Assembly: GCA_012295275.1 (NCBI GenBank)
Contig: CM022675.1
Location: 2,852,001-2,916,000 of the forward strand
DNA: 64,000 nucleotides
Source: Chrysomallon squamiferum
Lineage: Eukaryota > Animalia > Mollusca
Direction: 5' to 3'
Part shown: positions 23,344 to 36,791 of the stretch, piece after piece
Layout: every line of letters begins with the position of its first letter
How positions within the stretch are numbered: position 1 is the first letter of the stretch
Notes under the pieces: model-generated
Databases searched by the model: none
Told to the model about the DNA's origin: nothing
What the model saw: the letters and a program-made list of their open reading frames with translations, nothing else
Program-made: the position numbers and the translations under genes

Positions 23344-26300
23344 AAGCAGTGATGCACGGAAAGTCAAAACTGATGTCACTGAAGACACTGAAGAGGTGGA
23401 TTAGAGAATTTAGTGTAAGGACATAACATGTGACCCATGACAACAAAACATGTCTTAAGTTGCATTTTGTTCATTGATTTGTAGTTTGATATTTCATTCA
23501 TTCCTGTGTTTCCATGCTATGTGTAAAAATAAGGGAGCTTGCAGTTGATACAGTTCACTGAAAATTCTGTCTCAGTCATCCAGCAAATAACAGTGTTCAC
23601 AAAAGTGTTCTAACACACCTAGGATCAAAATCAAAAATGTTGTGTCACTAGTCAGACACTTAAATACTTTTACTGTGTAATTAAAACTGGTTTCATATGT
23701 CAGGTCACACATGTCAGTTTAAGATTACAAGAATCAAATTGTGAACAGGTCAAGTGAAAATAAAACAAAATGGTAGAATTTTAGGAAAACATTGAATACA
23801 TATAACAATTTTGAAAGGGTTGTATTTTAAATTATTGACAAACCAGATAACACATTTACTTTGTGAGTCAGACTTTAGATTTACATTCTAGACCAATGAA
23901 AAGAGAAACTACTTACCTGTTGTCAACATCTGTTAACAGCTGTTTATTTATCATCAGTGCACACAAGTGTGGAAGTAAACATTACACTGTGAAAAGTACA
24001 CTGTCCTTGCCAAGAAATTAACACATCTGAACCTAATAATAATAAGAAGAAGAAGAAGAAGAATAAATGATAATAAACTGTAATTAAAAAACCTCTAAAT
24101 TAAATTAGCATTAACATGAAAATTAACACTGAAATGAAAAAGAAAAGAAAAGAAAACAGAACAGCAACAAGAGCATAAAAAACCCCCCTGCATAATGATA
24201 AGAATATGAAAAGAAGAAAAAAGACATGTTACAATGGACATTTGTTTGTATCAAATTTTATAATATTTGGAATTAAATGAAGAGACTAATGAAAACATAT
24301 ATTAAGAAAAAAAGCAGCAACCTGAATAAATTATCTTAAATCTTGGTTTCCTTTGAAAACAGATATAAACTGTCAGACTGAAAATGTATGTTAATAAATG
24401 AAGATTTCTTATTGTGTTCAAACAGAATATTTAGATAAAGCACAGTAATTATACATAGCAACATAATCTCAGCTATGTCATCTTATTCATACTTAAAAAA
24501 TTATAGATTACCTAAAAATTTAACAAAATTAATATTTATTTAACTGTTTTTGCTTTTATCATTCTGATTTCAGAAAATAAAAATGAAAACCAGAAAAAAA
24601 GAAAAAAAAACAATCCTTTGATGGATTTTTCTATCCTGTCTGTGTAGTTAGCTGTGATTGAAATGTAGTCAACTGGAACATCAAACCAAACACAGAATGC
24701 CTGGAAATTTAACCATTCATAAATTATAATAAAAGAAATAAATACTTCTCTGTTTTTAAAACAGAAGAGAAAACTATTCATAATTTTTTGTTATTATATT
24801 TTCATTAAGATATAAAATATATAAATCTTTAGCCAATTGTATGTCTTGAACTGTAAGCTTTAATTGTGCATTATATTCACAAATTTTAGGGATAACATAT
24901 TTTAGAAATCAGACATCAGGCTTATCATCTTCAATTTAACATTAAATACATACATGAATAGATTCAGCAATGTCTTTTTCATCGACAAATCATGTTTTGT
25001 GATACTATAAAAATATCTCTCAATTTAGATGTGTTTTCTAATTCATATTTCTTTACTATTTTTTGCTCAGTATTCACAACAAAAACTAACTGTTAAGACA
25101 GGAAGTTATTTTTATATAAATATAACTAATTATTAAACTTACTAGTGTCCCCCACTTCAGGTCACAACTGATACATCTTGGTTTCATTCCATCTCCAATA
25201 CAAATATTTGTTGTCTGTTTAGCATTTGTTGTCCATGTTTAGTAGTGAAAACTTTATCATTAACACTCTGAAAAATTAACAAAATACATAAATTATAATA
25301 GTAGCCCTATACACACAAACATACAGTTATATATACCCACCCAAACACCAACATCAAACACAAACACACATCAACCCATCCACACACAGATGCTTAAACA
25401 ATTCATTATCAAGATAGTTGTTTTCAAAGTCAGCGATGAAATACAAATAAATATATATAGGACGAGTCAGAGTGTGTGTGTGTGAGTGTGTGTGTGTGTG
25501 TGTGTACTGGTCTCATACAAATGCATAAGAACAGTTATCATTAAGCTGAATACTACTATTTGGTAAAACCCCTAAAGTTATTTACTTATTAAAATATTCT
25601 AATAATTTTGCATTTTCTTATATAATGACAACCGTAAACAAATGTTAACTATTAAATTCATAAACCACCACCAAACAAATGTTGAAGTCCTTAGAATTGA
25701 ATGGACTGAAAAAAATAAGTTTAGAAGGATTTGAAACTTTATCAGCAAATGAATCAAGAAAAAATAAATCAGGTTTACCTTTGGTGAATCTAAAAATAGT
25801 TGTTATGTTTTAATGACTGGTAATGACTTACAAGATTTATATTTTATGTTTTTCATTTCTACAGCATTGATGAGTCACATACATCACACTGGTGACCTCT
25901 CATATTGTGATAGCCACACTTTGACCATTCTGAAATAATCACACTAAAACAAGTAAATAAAATTAACTGAAATAACAATAACATATATAATAAGTAATAA
26001 TAAAATTAACTGAAACAATAATAAAATATGTAATTAGTAATAATAAAATTAGCTGTAGTAAGAATAACATACATTAAAAGTAATAATAAAATTAACTGAA
26101 ATAAGAATAACATATTTAACTGTAATTTTGGTAACAACTGTAATAATATTAATTCAGTAACAAAATAATAATATGTTATTTAAAATAAAACAAACAAAAG
26201 TTACAATACAAATAGTGCAGTTCAAAAAGCTAAAATAATAAAACAGAAATTTGCTAAGGAAGATAACTCTAACACACAAAATAAAATCTGTTACCTGGAA

Positions 26301-26554
26301 AAACCATAAGAACTGACTACACAACTGGTGATGTTGCCATGGTGAGGAACACTGCTGATATATGGAAGAGCACTGGTGACCAATATATTTCTTTTGCCAT
26401 GTTGTGGATAAACTAAAATAAATAAATAAATAAATAAGGAATCAGGTAAGTAGCTATAAAAAAAAGAATAAATAAATAAAAGATAGTGCATTTACATATA
26501 CATATTGAAATGTATGGCTTGAAACATATGCAAAGACACTCACACTTACACTCA

Positions 26555-26626
<72 letters not shown>

Positions 26627-28730
26627 AAGCTATTGCAACATATTTAACAAATATTCAGCTTGATTTTGTAAAGTTAATTTATTAATAACTTATTTATCAG
26701 TATTATTAATTTATTTAGCATTTGTTTAGTAACATTATGTGACAACTGCTTACATGTTAAAATATTTAATTTTAAATTGTCTCACCCTTGGTTTTACACC
26801 AATCTCAGATCTCTTCTCGCAGTCTGTGACTGGTTCTGTCAGTTCTACACAGTAATAATGTTCTGAAATCATAAAAGTTAATTATAAGTATAATTTTACC
26901 TGAGTAGATCCAACATTTTCCATATCTTTTATCTTGCATACCAACATTCTTAAACAACACACACACAAACACACACGCACAAAAAGAATACTATTAATCT
27001 AATAAACATAATAATAAAGACAAACTTACAATAGTCTGTGCAGGTTGTTCTTTTCCATGATGTTTTGGTACAGAACTTTGTCCAGTCTGAGTTCATTTCA
27101 GTTTCCTGGTCTCAGAACTAACAGATGTCAAACCAGGATGAACTAGCAGAGTTCTGCTATAAAGGCTGTAAATAAATAAGAATTAAAAAATTGAATATTT
27201 AATAATATCTCTGCATTTTTTTAATATTACCGGTTATCATTATTTATATATATAGAATGATTACAGTTAAAGAAAACTGTTAATATCATGTTAACATTTT
27301 TAAATATTAATATTTGTTAAGTATAAAACATAATTTATGAATAGAAATTGTACAAAGAGAAATTTCTCTATGAGAGTTCTTTACTGGCAGATAAAGGATG
27401 TTTTACAAGCAGCTTCAAAAGACAGGAATGCACATCAACTACAATAATGATTATTCTAATAATACAAATAATAAGGGTGATGATGATGATGATGATGATG
27501 ATAATAATAATAAGAGTAATGATAATGATAGAAGAAGAAAAATGACAAGAATAATAAGGTAAATAATAAAATGAAAAAAAAAAAATGGAGTCTTCTGTCT
27601 GATGTAAGTTTTCAACACCGATGTGAATCCTACAACAATTAAGTTTATAATAATACATACTGTGAAAATAACAACAACAACAACAGACTGAATGAAAATT
27701 CCTCTCACTCTTTAACACTCATCTGAGACCTGGTCCATAACAAGCATACATGAACATTATTGGTTCTTCACAAGTTTTTTAAAAACTTACCTTTGACGAG
27801 TTCAGCCCTTCATTAACAGTGACAAACTGCAGGAAAGAGTTTCATATCCTCTGAAGAGAAAAATAAATTTTAAATCAATTAAATATTTAAATATATAGTG
27901 TGTCATAAGATATTTTAATCATTATACAAGTTTAATGGGTCAAACTAATCAAAATAAAACACTTCAGATGATGTCAGTAACTGAATAAGAGAAAATATTA
28001 ATATACACTTAAAAAAAAATAATTAAAAAAAATAATAAGAAGAACTGTAGATGGTATCAGTAATTAATTAAAACCAAAACAATTAATATCAATGATAATT
28101 AAAAGAAAAAAAATAAAAGAAAAAAATAAAAACATAAATAAAAAAATAAAATTAAAACAGACCCATTAACATATGAGTCTGTTAATTAATGTTGATAATA
28201 CAGCATTCAATTCTTTTCAGTTTGTGTAGGAAAAAATCTATCTATCTATATGTATATTACTTCAAAGGTGGAAGTACTGATTTCATTTGAGACAATGATA
28301 TAAAAAATTATTATGCTTACATGTTATCTCAAACGACATAACAATACAGTGAATACTACAAATAGGAGCGATTTTAAAAATAAAATTCAATATTAACAAT
28401 ATCTGAAAATATATCTATGTAAATTAAGAGGTCATAATGAAGATTTTAAAATATTAGTGCATGATTGTGGTTTCAGAAATCCAAATTAATAAGTAATTTG
28501 AGAAAGAAAAATGGATGGGTGGATGTATGTATATAATTATGTGTATGTGAGTTAATTAACCCTGCATGTTTGATGATCAACAACGTACGCGATAAACAAA
28601 ACAGAGTATTGTCTGCACTGACATTTCACGCTGAAAGAAATATAAATCAGATTAAATAAACAAATAACTAGAGACTTTTTTAAATATATGTATGTACAGA
28701 CATACATAACGGCTGCATATACTGACATAC

Positions 28731-28910
28731 CTTACAATAGAAGGAAGTCGTCTGCATTTGATGACTAGTATGAAGCATGATGTATACGGTCGTAATGACC
28801 TCAGCACAACATCATAACTCCGCCCCCCCCAGAAAAGGGAGGTAACTCACACAATCTGCCGGTGAATTTCTCTCTGGATTATTTAAGAGATACAACTATT
28901 ATACTATATG
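28731..28910. promoter_or_regulatory. Putative bidirectional promoter between the MetRS pseudogene (-) and the unidentified degenerate gene (+)
   Basis: CpG-richer patch, GC box CCGCCCCC (~28820-28828), minus-strand donor AAG|GTATGT at 28731/28730, a further minus-strand exon 28561-28630, and plus-strand donor AGG|GTAAGT at 29115/29116. Confidence 0.55.
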
Positions 28911-31900
28911 TTTGAAAAGCTGTCAGTAAGATTTGAGGTAGTTTAGTGAAGATTACATTTTTAACATGTTTTGGAATGATGACGGCACCATTTTTACGTC
29001 AGTTAACTAGGACCGGTGCTTGAGGGAAAAAAAGCGAAAAACCTCATGGGATCCACGTGGATATGAGCCCGACGGTGATATCTTAATCTTGTGTTGATTC
29101 TTCTTGTCAGGCAGGGTAAGTAAAAACATAATTAATTATTTTATTTACACTGGGGAGTTTTCAAAACTGCCTACAGACATTTCGCTGGCGAGCTTTTTAT
29201 AACCAAAATATTTTAAGTTTGATGATAAAAGTTTGATAAGAAGTAAGGGCATTAATTTAATAATTACTGACTGTGTTCCGTATGTACAGTGTAGGTCAAC
29301 TATTCCATAAAGGCTTATAAAAGTAAAAGTCTGAATTATTCATTGATTACGTCTGGAATGATTTAAGAAAAAAAATGTCAGCAAGGTAGAAATGATTTAG
29401 TGTATTACCTGTAAATATTCAATCGTTTAAATCAAGTATGAAGTAATATAATGATGAAAAATTCTTCTCAGTTTCCCGTCTTTTTTTAATTTACTGTCAA
29501 TTTTAATTTATTTATATTTTGTTTTGTTTCTTCTTATTACTACTACTACGTTTTTATTATTAATTTGTTTTATTAATTAGTAGTAGTAGTAGTAGTATCA
29601 TTTTTAAAAATCTTTATTATTATTGTTCGTATTTGTCTTCATATCATTACAAATGTTTATTTATTTTTCATGTTTTTCAGGCCAAATTTCACCATTGGCA
29701 GAGATTTGCAGAAAGTATATGGAGAAAATGTTCCAAATGAATTTAAAGAACAATTTTATGAAAAATCAGATGTGAGTGAAATATTTTATAATTTTTTTAT
29801 CTTTCAAGATTTATGTTCTAATTATTAAAGTTATTATATGCATTGTTGTCTTGTCTTAATTATCTCTAGGTTCTTACTTTATATAAACCTTATAATTATT
29901 TAATCAAAAATAGAAAAATTCAATGATGTGAAAATTTTCTATGGAGAGATTTGTGTTTCCTCTCATGACACTTTTTTCTACAGTACAGTTCAGTTAGTCA
30001 TTAATGGAATAAAATTAAAAATATATTATTGCATGACTCTTTAAAAACAAATTACCTCATTTCTTCATAACATGTGTTTAATACAAAAGCAAAAATACAA
30101 TGCTATATATATGTTCTATAAAACATTAATTCCTTCATCTTCTCATTAATAGATTTAAAAGTATATAGTAAATTATTATTACTGTTATTGTTGTGTTGTT
30201 ATTGCTATTTTTGCTATTATTATTACTCTTATTACAACTACTACTATTATTACTATTACTATTACTACTACTACAACTACTTCTACTACTGTTGTTGTTG
30301 TTATAGTTATTATCATCATCATGATTAAAATGTGTTAAAAAAGTATCATTATTTTATTATTATTGTGTAATTTTCAGGTGAAACCTCATCTAAGCAACAG
30401 TCTGGTGTCAAGTGATGTGTAGCCTGTGTTAGAATGTTTTCTGAAACCTCTCAACAGTGACAGGGTATGTTTGAATATGTCTGTGTGTGTGTGAATCACT
30501 AGATTGTATACTGAAATTTACAAAATTTCTACAACCTGTGTTTGAAATGTTTATCCTCTTTGTTCAGCTTGCTATTAAAACACGAGCTAGTCAGTGATAA
30601 CATGATCTAATGTTAGGACTAAAGTTTACTTAGTTGTTTTAATTTTATTACACAGAGATAAAGATTATTTTATTTCAAAGTCAATCAGAGAGAGAGATAT
30701 TGTATGTATATGTATGTGAGAGATAGTGTGTCTATTTTTTTGTGTGAGAGAGAGATAGTGTTGTAAATGTATGTGTGTGAGAAAAAGAGAAATTGGATGT
30801 ATGTGTCACATTGTGTGTGTATCTGTCTTGGGCAATTTCATATACAAATAAAAATAACTGAAACATTGAAAATCATAATAAGCAAAGAAAAGTGCGTTCG
30901 TCTGACAAATGTAGATTGATAAAAAAAAATCATGTTTTTGTTTAAAACTACTAAACTTTATATTTACTATTGGTGTTAAATATTTTACGTATCTCACTGC
31001 AGTACTATTCAGGTGCTGTCTAGAAAGTGAATTTACATCATGGAGAAGGATGAATCAGCTGTTACAGAAACCATTCTGCAGCATTCTGAGTTGTGAGTTT
31101 AATTTATTTTTGTGTCTTAGAGAGTAAAACAAGTTTTGTAACAGTTCTTTATTAATTTGAAAATAGTGTAATAATAATCAGTTATTTGCTGTTTTGCTAA
31201 TTGTTATTTTTATTATTATTAACATTATCATCAGAATCATTATAATGCATTACTCAGTGCATGGGGATTCCCCTAAGTTGTGAACATGTTTCTGTCTTGG
31301 GCAGGTTACTACTGAGCTGGCTTGCTCCAGGGGTTTCAGATCTGTGTATTCAGTAGATTATAAAAAGTGTATCATGTTTTTGTAGTCTGGAAGTAGAACA
31401 CAAGACATGTTTAAAAATTGTATTTGCACTAGTGTTGAACATCCAGTACAGTAGTAAACACTAATGTACAGATGAACAGAAATACTGTAATCTGTCACAT
31501 CAATCACTTGCGGGTTAATACAGCTTCTGAAACACACAGTAAATTATGTGAGAGTTTCTAATTATGGATCACAATTTTACTTTTAAATAAAAGTGAGCAT
31601 TGCAAGACCAAAATTGTATTATATCTTTTATTATATGAATTTATGAAATCTGTTATTGTACTGGAAAATTTGGTAATATTCAGTTTTAGTGTATATACTA
31701 ACATATACTATTACCTATGTAAATATCTTTTTATTATTTAAAATAGATAATTTCAGAATTTAAAAGGTCCTTACATAATGGTAGGTATTTCATAACGCTA
31801 CCAAAAAGAAGGTTAATATTGGGTATTTAATATGATTTGTATATTTTTAAATAAGTACTTCTCAGCTAAATTTTATGAAAATTTATTTCATCAGACAACT

Positions 31901-32880
31901 TATATTGCATGGCTCATTATTATTTTTATTAATTTCAGTTCAGCAGCTCGCTACGGAACAGGAGGTCAGATGTCACAAAACACCAAGTAACCATTAGCAA
32001 CACAACAAAACAGCTTTCACAAAACTGAGTCAAGATTCACCCGTTCTCCAGAACTAAACAACTCAAACTCTTCTCTGTAAGTATTCACTTAATTCATTTT
32101 GTTAAGTTTGTAGTGATGGATAGACTGGCTCAGTGGTTAGAGTGCATGATTAAAGTTTGTTGGGTTCTAGGGTCAGTCCTATGTGGAGGACTAATAAAGT
32201 CATTTACCAATCTAGCCACTGATCTGTGACTGATATTGATAAGATCATGTTATATGTTTTGTTTTCTGTGGAAAAATGTATATTAAAAACAGATTTTTAG
32301 TTTCTTGTTTAAAAAGGGTGTCAGTTCATATTTCAGATTCAGGTTTTCTTTTTCATTAGCTGTTTTGTTGTTTACCTTTTAAGATACAAAGAACCAGTAA
32401 AAACAAGCTGTGTATGTTCTTAAATAAAATATTTCTTCTTTATCATAGATTTGTTCTATTCTAACAACATTTATACTTATCAATAATAGCTAATAATGAA
32501 GTAATTTTAGAAGATACTAAATTTCTTAGTTCAAAATTTACATTTATATTTTGGCAAACCTGTTAAGACTATTTTTAAAAAATATTTATTTTTATTTATT
32601 CATTAACTCAGACTGTGTATGTTTATCAGTATGTCTATATGCATGCAGGCACAATTGAAATGCAATAGCTGAAAGATATTTTTGTCAACAAACATTCATT
32701 TGTATCAGTAAATGGTATTGATATACATATATAACAATAAATAATTTTACTAATAAAAACAAAAAAAAAAATAAATTATTTTTGTTTTTATTTTTTCAGA
32801 CATAGAACAAAACAGACAAGTGTTGTTATCTAAACTTCAGAATGGGACACACACAGACAGCAGAACAGACAGAAAAACTG
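28908..32880 (+). pseudogene. Degenerate multi-exon gene of unidentified family
   Basis: AG/GT-bounded, protein-like exons: ...29115 (KTSWDPRGYEPDGDILILC*FFLSGR), 29681-29771 (PNFTIGRDLQKVYGENVPNEFKEQFYEKSD), 30378-30464 (VKPHLSNSLVSSDV*PVLECFLKPLNSDR), 31013-~31093 (VLSRK*IYIMEKDESAVTETILQHSE), 31939-32077, 32800-32880. Contains in-frame stops. Confidence 0.55.
32121..32420 (+). mobile_element. Decayed tRNA-derived SINE
   Basis: Pol III A-box TGGCTCAGTGG (32126-32136), degenerate B-box near 32170, then a body resembling gastropod SINEs as I recall them. Related fragments appear at ~58470-58570 (-) and ~58795-58860 (+). Confidence 0.5.
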
Positions 32881-33007
32881 GTATGAAAAACACACACATT
32901 AAGTTAGTTCTTTAACTATCAATTTACTTTATTCTCAGTTTTTTTGTTGCGTGTATTCTCAATACAGAGTAAGAAAAGCAGAGTAGTGTAAGGAAAGTCT
33001 ACAAGTG

Positions 33008-33202
33008 AAGTAATTGTAGTATACAAATATACTGATAACTTAGAATACAGTAATAAGTAAAGTAATTGTAGTATACAAATATACTGATAACTTAGAATAC
33101 AGTAATAAGTAAAGTAATTGTAGTATACAAATATACTGATAACTTAGAATACAATAAGTAAAGTAATTGTAGTATACAAATATACTGGTAACTTAGAATA
33201 CT
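33008..33202. repeat. ~53-bp minisatellite, ~3.7 copies
   Basis: Unit AAGTAATTGTAGTATACAAATATACTGATAACTTAGAATACAGTAATAAGTA. Confidence 0.9.
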
Positions 33203-35514
33203 TCATTATTTCCATACTTCCATTAGCATTGTTTAATTCCTGTTTCTGGTGTCCACATTAATTATATTTTCCTTATCTTATGATTTGTTTCTTCTTCTTA
33301 TATTTTTTGTTTCATTTATTTACTCAATAAAAAAAAAGTCTAACAGACTGACTTAATGAGCATTTTTTACACAAATTTAGACAGCTTTTTATATTTCATA
33401 TTCATTACATTTATATATATAACATGAAATAAAATATTTTCATCATTTACATTCTTGTTAAAATATTGTTATACATTATTATTAGGAAAAGTTGGTACCA
33501 GTAAAACTGGAATATACAAAATACAGTAGGTCCATTATGGCATCACATATATTCATTAAGTTCAACTTTTATAAGTAAAATTAGACAATTTTTTCATCCA
33601 TTAGTTTAAAGCATGTTTATCATTTCTTCATTTAGTCATCCACATCTGTTTTCATCATCTATATTAAACTTTATTTTTTAACAAATTCTTGATTTTTATT
33701 TCTTTTGTTTTAGCATTATTATCTTTATTATTATTTATTATTATTATCATCATCATCATCATCATCATCATAATCATCATCATTTATTATCATTATCATT
33801 ATTAATGTTTACATTTATTTTCTATCATAACATCATTAATCCACTCAAAATGCTCTGATAAGACTGAGTATGCCAGCATTTTTTTTTTTTTTTTTTTTTT
33901 AACACTAATTTCCTCAGTTTGTGAGGTTTACTTTTACATTTCTCATATTTTCTGATCATCTAGATAAATTAAATTTAAAAATTAAACAAAATGTCTTCAT
34001 TTTAATCCTTTTCATCATCATGATCTAGATTTATAATATCAGTTATTATTACATCATAAATTATATTTTTGGTTGAATTTTATTTTAAATCTTTATTTGT
34101 AGGTTGTGTTTTGGTTAAATTAGCTTGCTCACTTGTTTATTCATTTTCTTGTTTTCAAATCCCTGCTAATTATTATTGTCTAAACTAAATTAAGCCATTG
34201 TTAAGTTAAATGGATGAGAAATATTGAAATCTGTTTTTCTTAAATCTTTAAGAAATTGTAAGAATGTTTCTGTGGTAAGAAATTATTTAATACTAATGAG
34301 TTGTTTTATTTATTAATTAACAAATTATATAAATCTGGTGCTAAACATTTCACTCAAGTGATATCAATGAAACATTTATTTGTGTCCGCTGATGCTGTTG
34401 TTATTAACAATTCTCTCTGGAAGACTGGGAAACCATAGCAACGTCAAAGAAAGTGTATTAGGAAGATGTAGATCTCACAACACACATCACCATCATCCTG
34501 ACATCATCAGCAGCTGCAGCAGCAGTTGACTCTTTACATCGTTGTCTTGGTTACCGTTCTTACTGACAAATGTTTTATAAATCTATATATATTTTTTTTA
34601 ATTATGTTATTTTATTTTATTTATTTTTTTTTTTTTTTACTCATGTTGATAATACTCATGTTGATTTCTTTTCTTACTTTAATATCTTTACCATGAAAAT
34701 GCCAAGTTTAAAGGAAAAACAAAAACAAATCTTTCACTTTTTGTTGTAGTTTGTCAGAAAATTTGATATTACAATTGTTTGTGTACTCTTTCAAAATATC
34801 TAAATATCTGGGAAAAAATTCATAGTTAAACAAAATTTACTTTTGTGAATTTTTTATATTGCCTTTTGTTTATTTTTATTTTTATTTTTTACATATAACC
34901 AGAAATAAGATAAACAAAAAGATATATTATAAATATCGCACCTAATGTAGACATTGATTCACATTTTTCTTCTTATAAAAACTAAAAATATACCTGTTCC
35001 TTTAAAACAAAAGAAAAAACCATAGCTAAATATAACTTTATTATTATTTTGTTATCTGTTTTGAGAAAATAGATATTGCTTACATTTGTTTGTTACTATT
35101 ATTTTTATTTCGAATAAATAATATCTGAATATTTAATCTCAATGTCTTTGATCAATAACACTTGTAATATTTGTTGTAGGAGACATCTTTTCCATGTTGT
35201 TCATGTGAAGTAGATGTGACCTGTTCCTATAAAAGGTACACAAAGTTGCTAAGTTATTGTCATGTTTTTAAAAAGTGTTGCAGGTATTTCAAGATTTACT
35301 GATTTGTGTACCATCATAAAACTTGTAGGTAAATTCATTAAAGATTGTTGCAGTTGTATTGTTATTGTTGTTGTTGTTGTTATTTTAACAACATTGAAAC
35401 TGATATAAACACAGATCAAATGAATAAATTATTAATATTTGTCAATATAAAAATGTGTCTACTTTATTTAGTAATAAATATTATTATTATTATTATTATT
35501 ATTGTAGTGAAAAC

Positions 35515-36791
35515 ATGGCCACCTCAGCAGAAGTTTCAAGTTGGCAGACAGGGAAAAAACTAACAGAGTGTATTAAACATGTTTTTCATACGAGAACAGA
35601 CAGCGACATCAGATTTGTTGTTGGAGAAGATGAAACAATTGTTGATGTACATCGGTTCATCCTCATTATAAGAAGCGAAGTCTTCCACAGGATGATTATG
35701 GGAGAACTTCGCAAACAAAACAGCATCATCTTGCCTGATGTTCAGGCAGATATTTTTACAGAGTTTTTAAAGTATGTTAGCAAATACACACACACACACC
35801 CCCACACAAACATGCATCGTGTTGGAACAAGTTCACCTGTTTGATAAACTTGATCTAAGAAAAAAAACTCTGGACTACATTTTGAAAAATGTCTACGAAT
35901 GTCTGGTTGAGAATCGTACGATCAGACGAACTGACAGCAGACAAGAAAAATGTTTTTGAAGCCGCTGTGAAGTGGGCTGACAGCGCATGCAGGAAGCAAG
36001 GAAGAGAGACGAATGAAAAAAACATGCGTGAAGCACTGGGAGAGGTCGTGAAGCACGTGCGTTATCCATTACTCGATCAGACGTATTTTGTAAATCACGT
36101 GACACCCACTCACATACTCACTGAGGCTGAAGGATTCAAGATTTTGAAACACTGGGTGAGCAGCAATGAAGATGTTTCACCTTTTAACTCAAACAAGAGG
36201 ACTGCAGTGATTCCTAAAACACAGATTACAATAGACAGGTTCAGTGAAAATATTCTGATTACTGGCCATGTTCTAGTAAAGAAGATGATGCCATTACTTT
36301 CTCTGTGAACAAAAACACTGTACTTCACGGATTTCAATTGTACGGTCAACATGAACCACGAAACTACGACATCAGCGCCGTCATCACTGACACAAGAACA
36401 GACGAAATACTGGACGGGTCTACGCTGACACAAGAACAGACGAAATACTGGACGGGTCTACGCTGACTCAAGAACAGACGAAATACTGGACGGGTGTACG
36501 CTGACACAAGAACAGACGAAATACTGGACGGGTCTACAGAGATATGAACACGTTGTGACTGATGTGTCTAGAGTGTATGACGTCGTGTTCAGACGTCCAG
36601 TGAAGATTACTAATGACACAGAGTACAGCTTGTTTGTTAATGTTAAGGGAGGAGTCACATGGTGTGGACGTGAAGGTAAATCAGAAATTGTTTGTAGATT
36701 TTCTGAGTCACACAAATCTAAACAGAGTGACAGACAACTTCGTACATGTGTGACAGATGGACAAATACGTCCTTTGTTATTTTTAGTGTAA
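35515..36791 (+). pseudogene. BTB-BACK-PHR (BTBD1/2/3/6-like) Cullin-3 adaptor pseudogene
   Basis: BTB: MATSAEVSSWQTGKKL...SDIRFVVG...HRFILIIRSEVFHRMIMGEL...LPDVQADIFTEFLK. BACK: CIVLEQVHLFD...VFEAAVKWADSACRKQG...VRYPLL. PHR: DAITFSVNKNTVLHGFQLYG...VFRRPVKI...GQIRPLLF. Disrupted by deletions, frameshifts and a 38-bp tandem expansion that creates a TGA. Confidence 0.85.
36387..36537. repeat. 38-bp tandem repeat x4 inside the PHR coding region
   Basis: Unit CTGACACAAGAACAGACGAAATACTGGACGGGTCTACG. Confidence 0.95.

Larger units (their letters stand above)
20932..27850 (-). pseudogene. MARS1: Unprocessed pseudogene of cytoplasmic methionyl-tRNA synthetase
   Basis: Minus-strand exons in MetRS order, mostly with GT-AG ends: 26295-26412 (GKRNILVTSALPYISSVPHHGNITSCVVS, cf. 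[23 protein letters not shown]); 25779-25929 (zinc knuckle CGYHNMRGHQCDVC/LINAVEMK...LFLDSPK, with frameshift and stop); 25143-25267 (DGMKPRCISCDLKWGT); ~24615-24700 (AFCVWFDVPVDYISITANYT); 23917-24032 (VQMC*FLGKDSV...); 22497-22617; 21952-22043; 20932-21132. Probable N-terminal exons 27791-27850, 27030-27165, 26786-26862 are less certain. Confidence 0.88.

Noticed and set aside
20932-27850. Functional divergent MetRS paralogue
   Set aside because: Multiple in-frame stops, frameshifts and missing catalytic exons, too many to be sequencing error.
28561-28630. Possible signal-peptide exon (MSVQTILCFV...) on the minus strand
   Set aside because: Hits a stop after 15 codons; more simply a 5' UTR exon of the MetRS pseudogene.
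32121-32200. tRNA gene
   Set aside because: A-box present but B-box degenerate and no cloverleaf; better explained as a SINE head.
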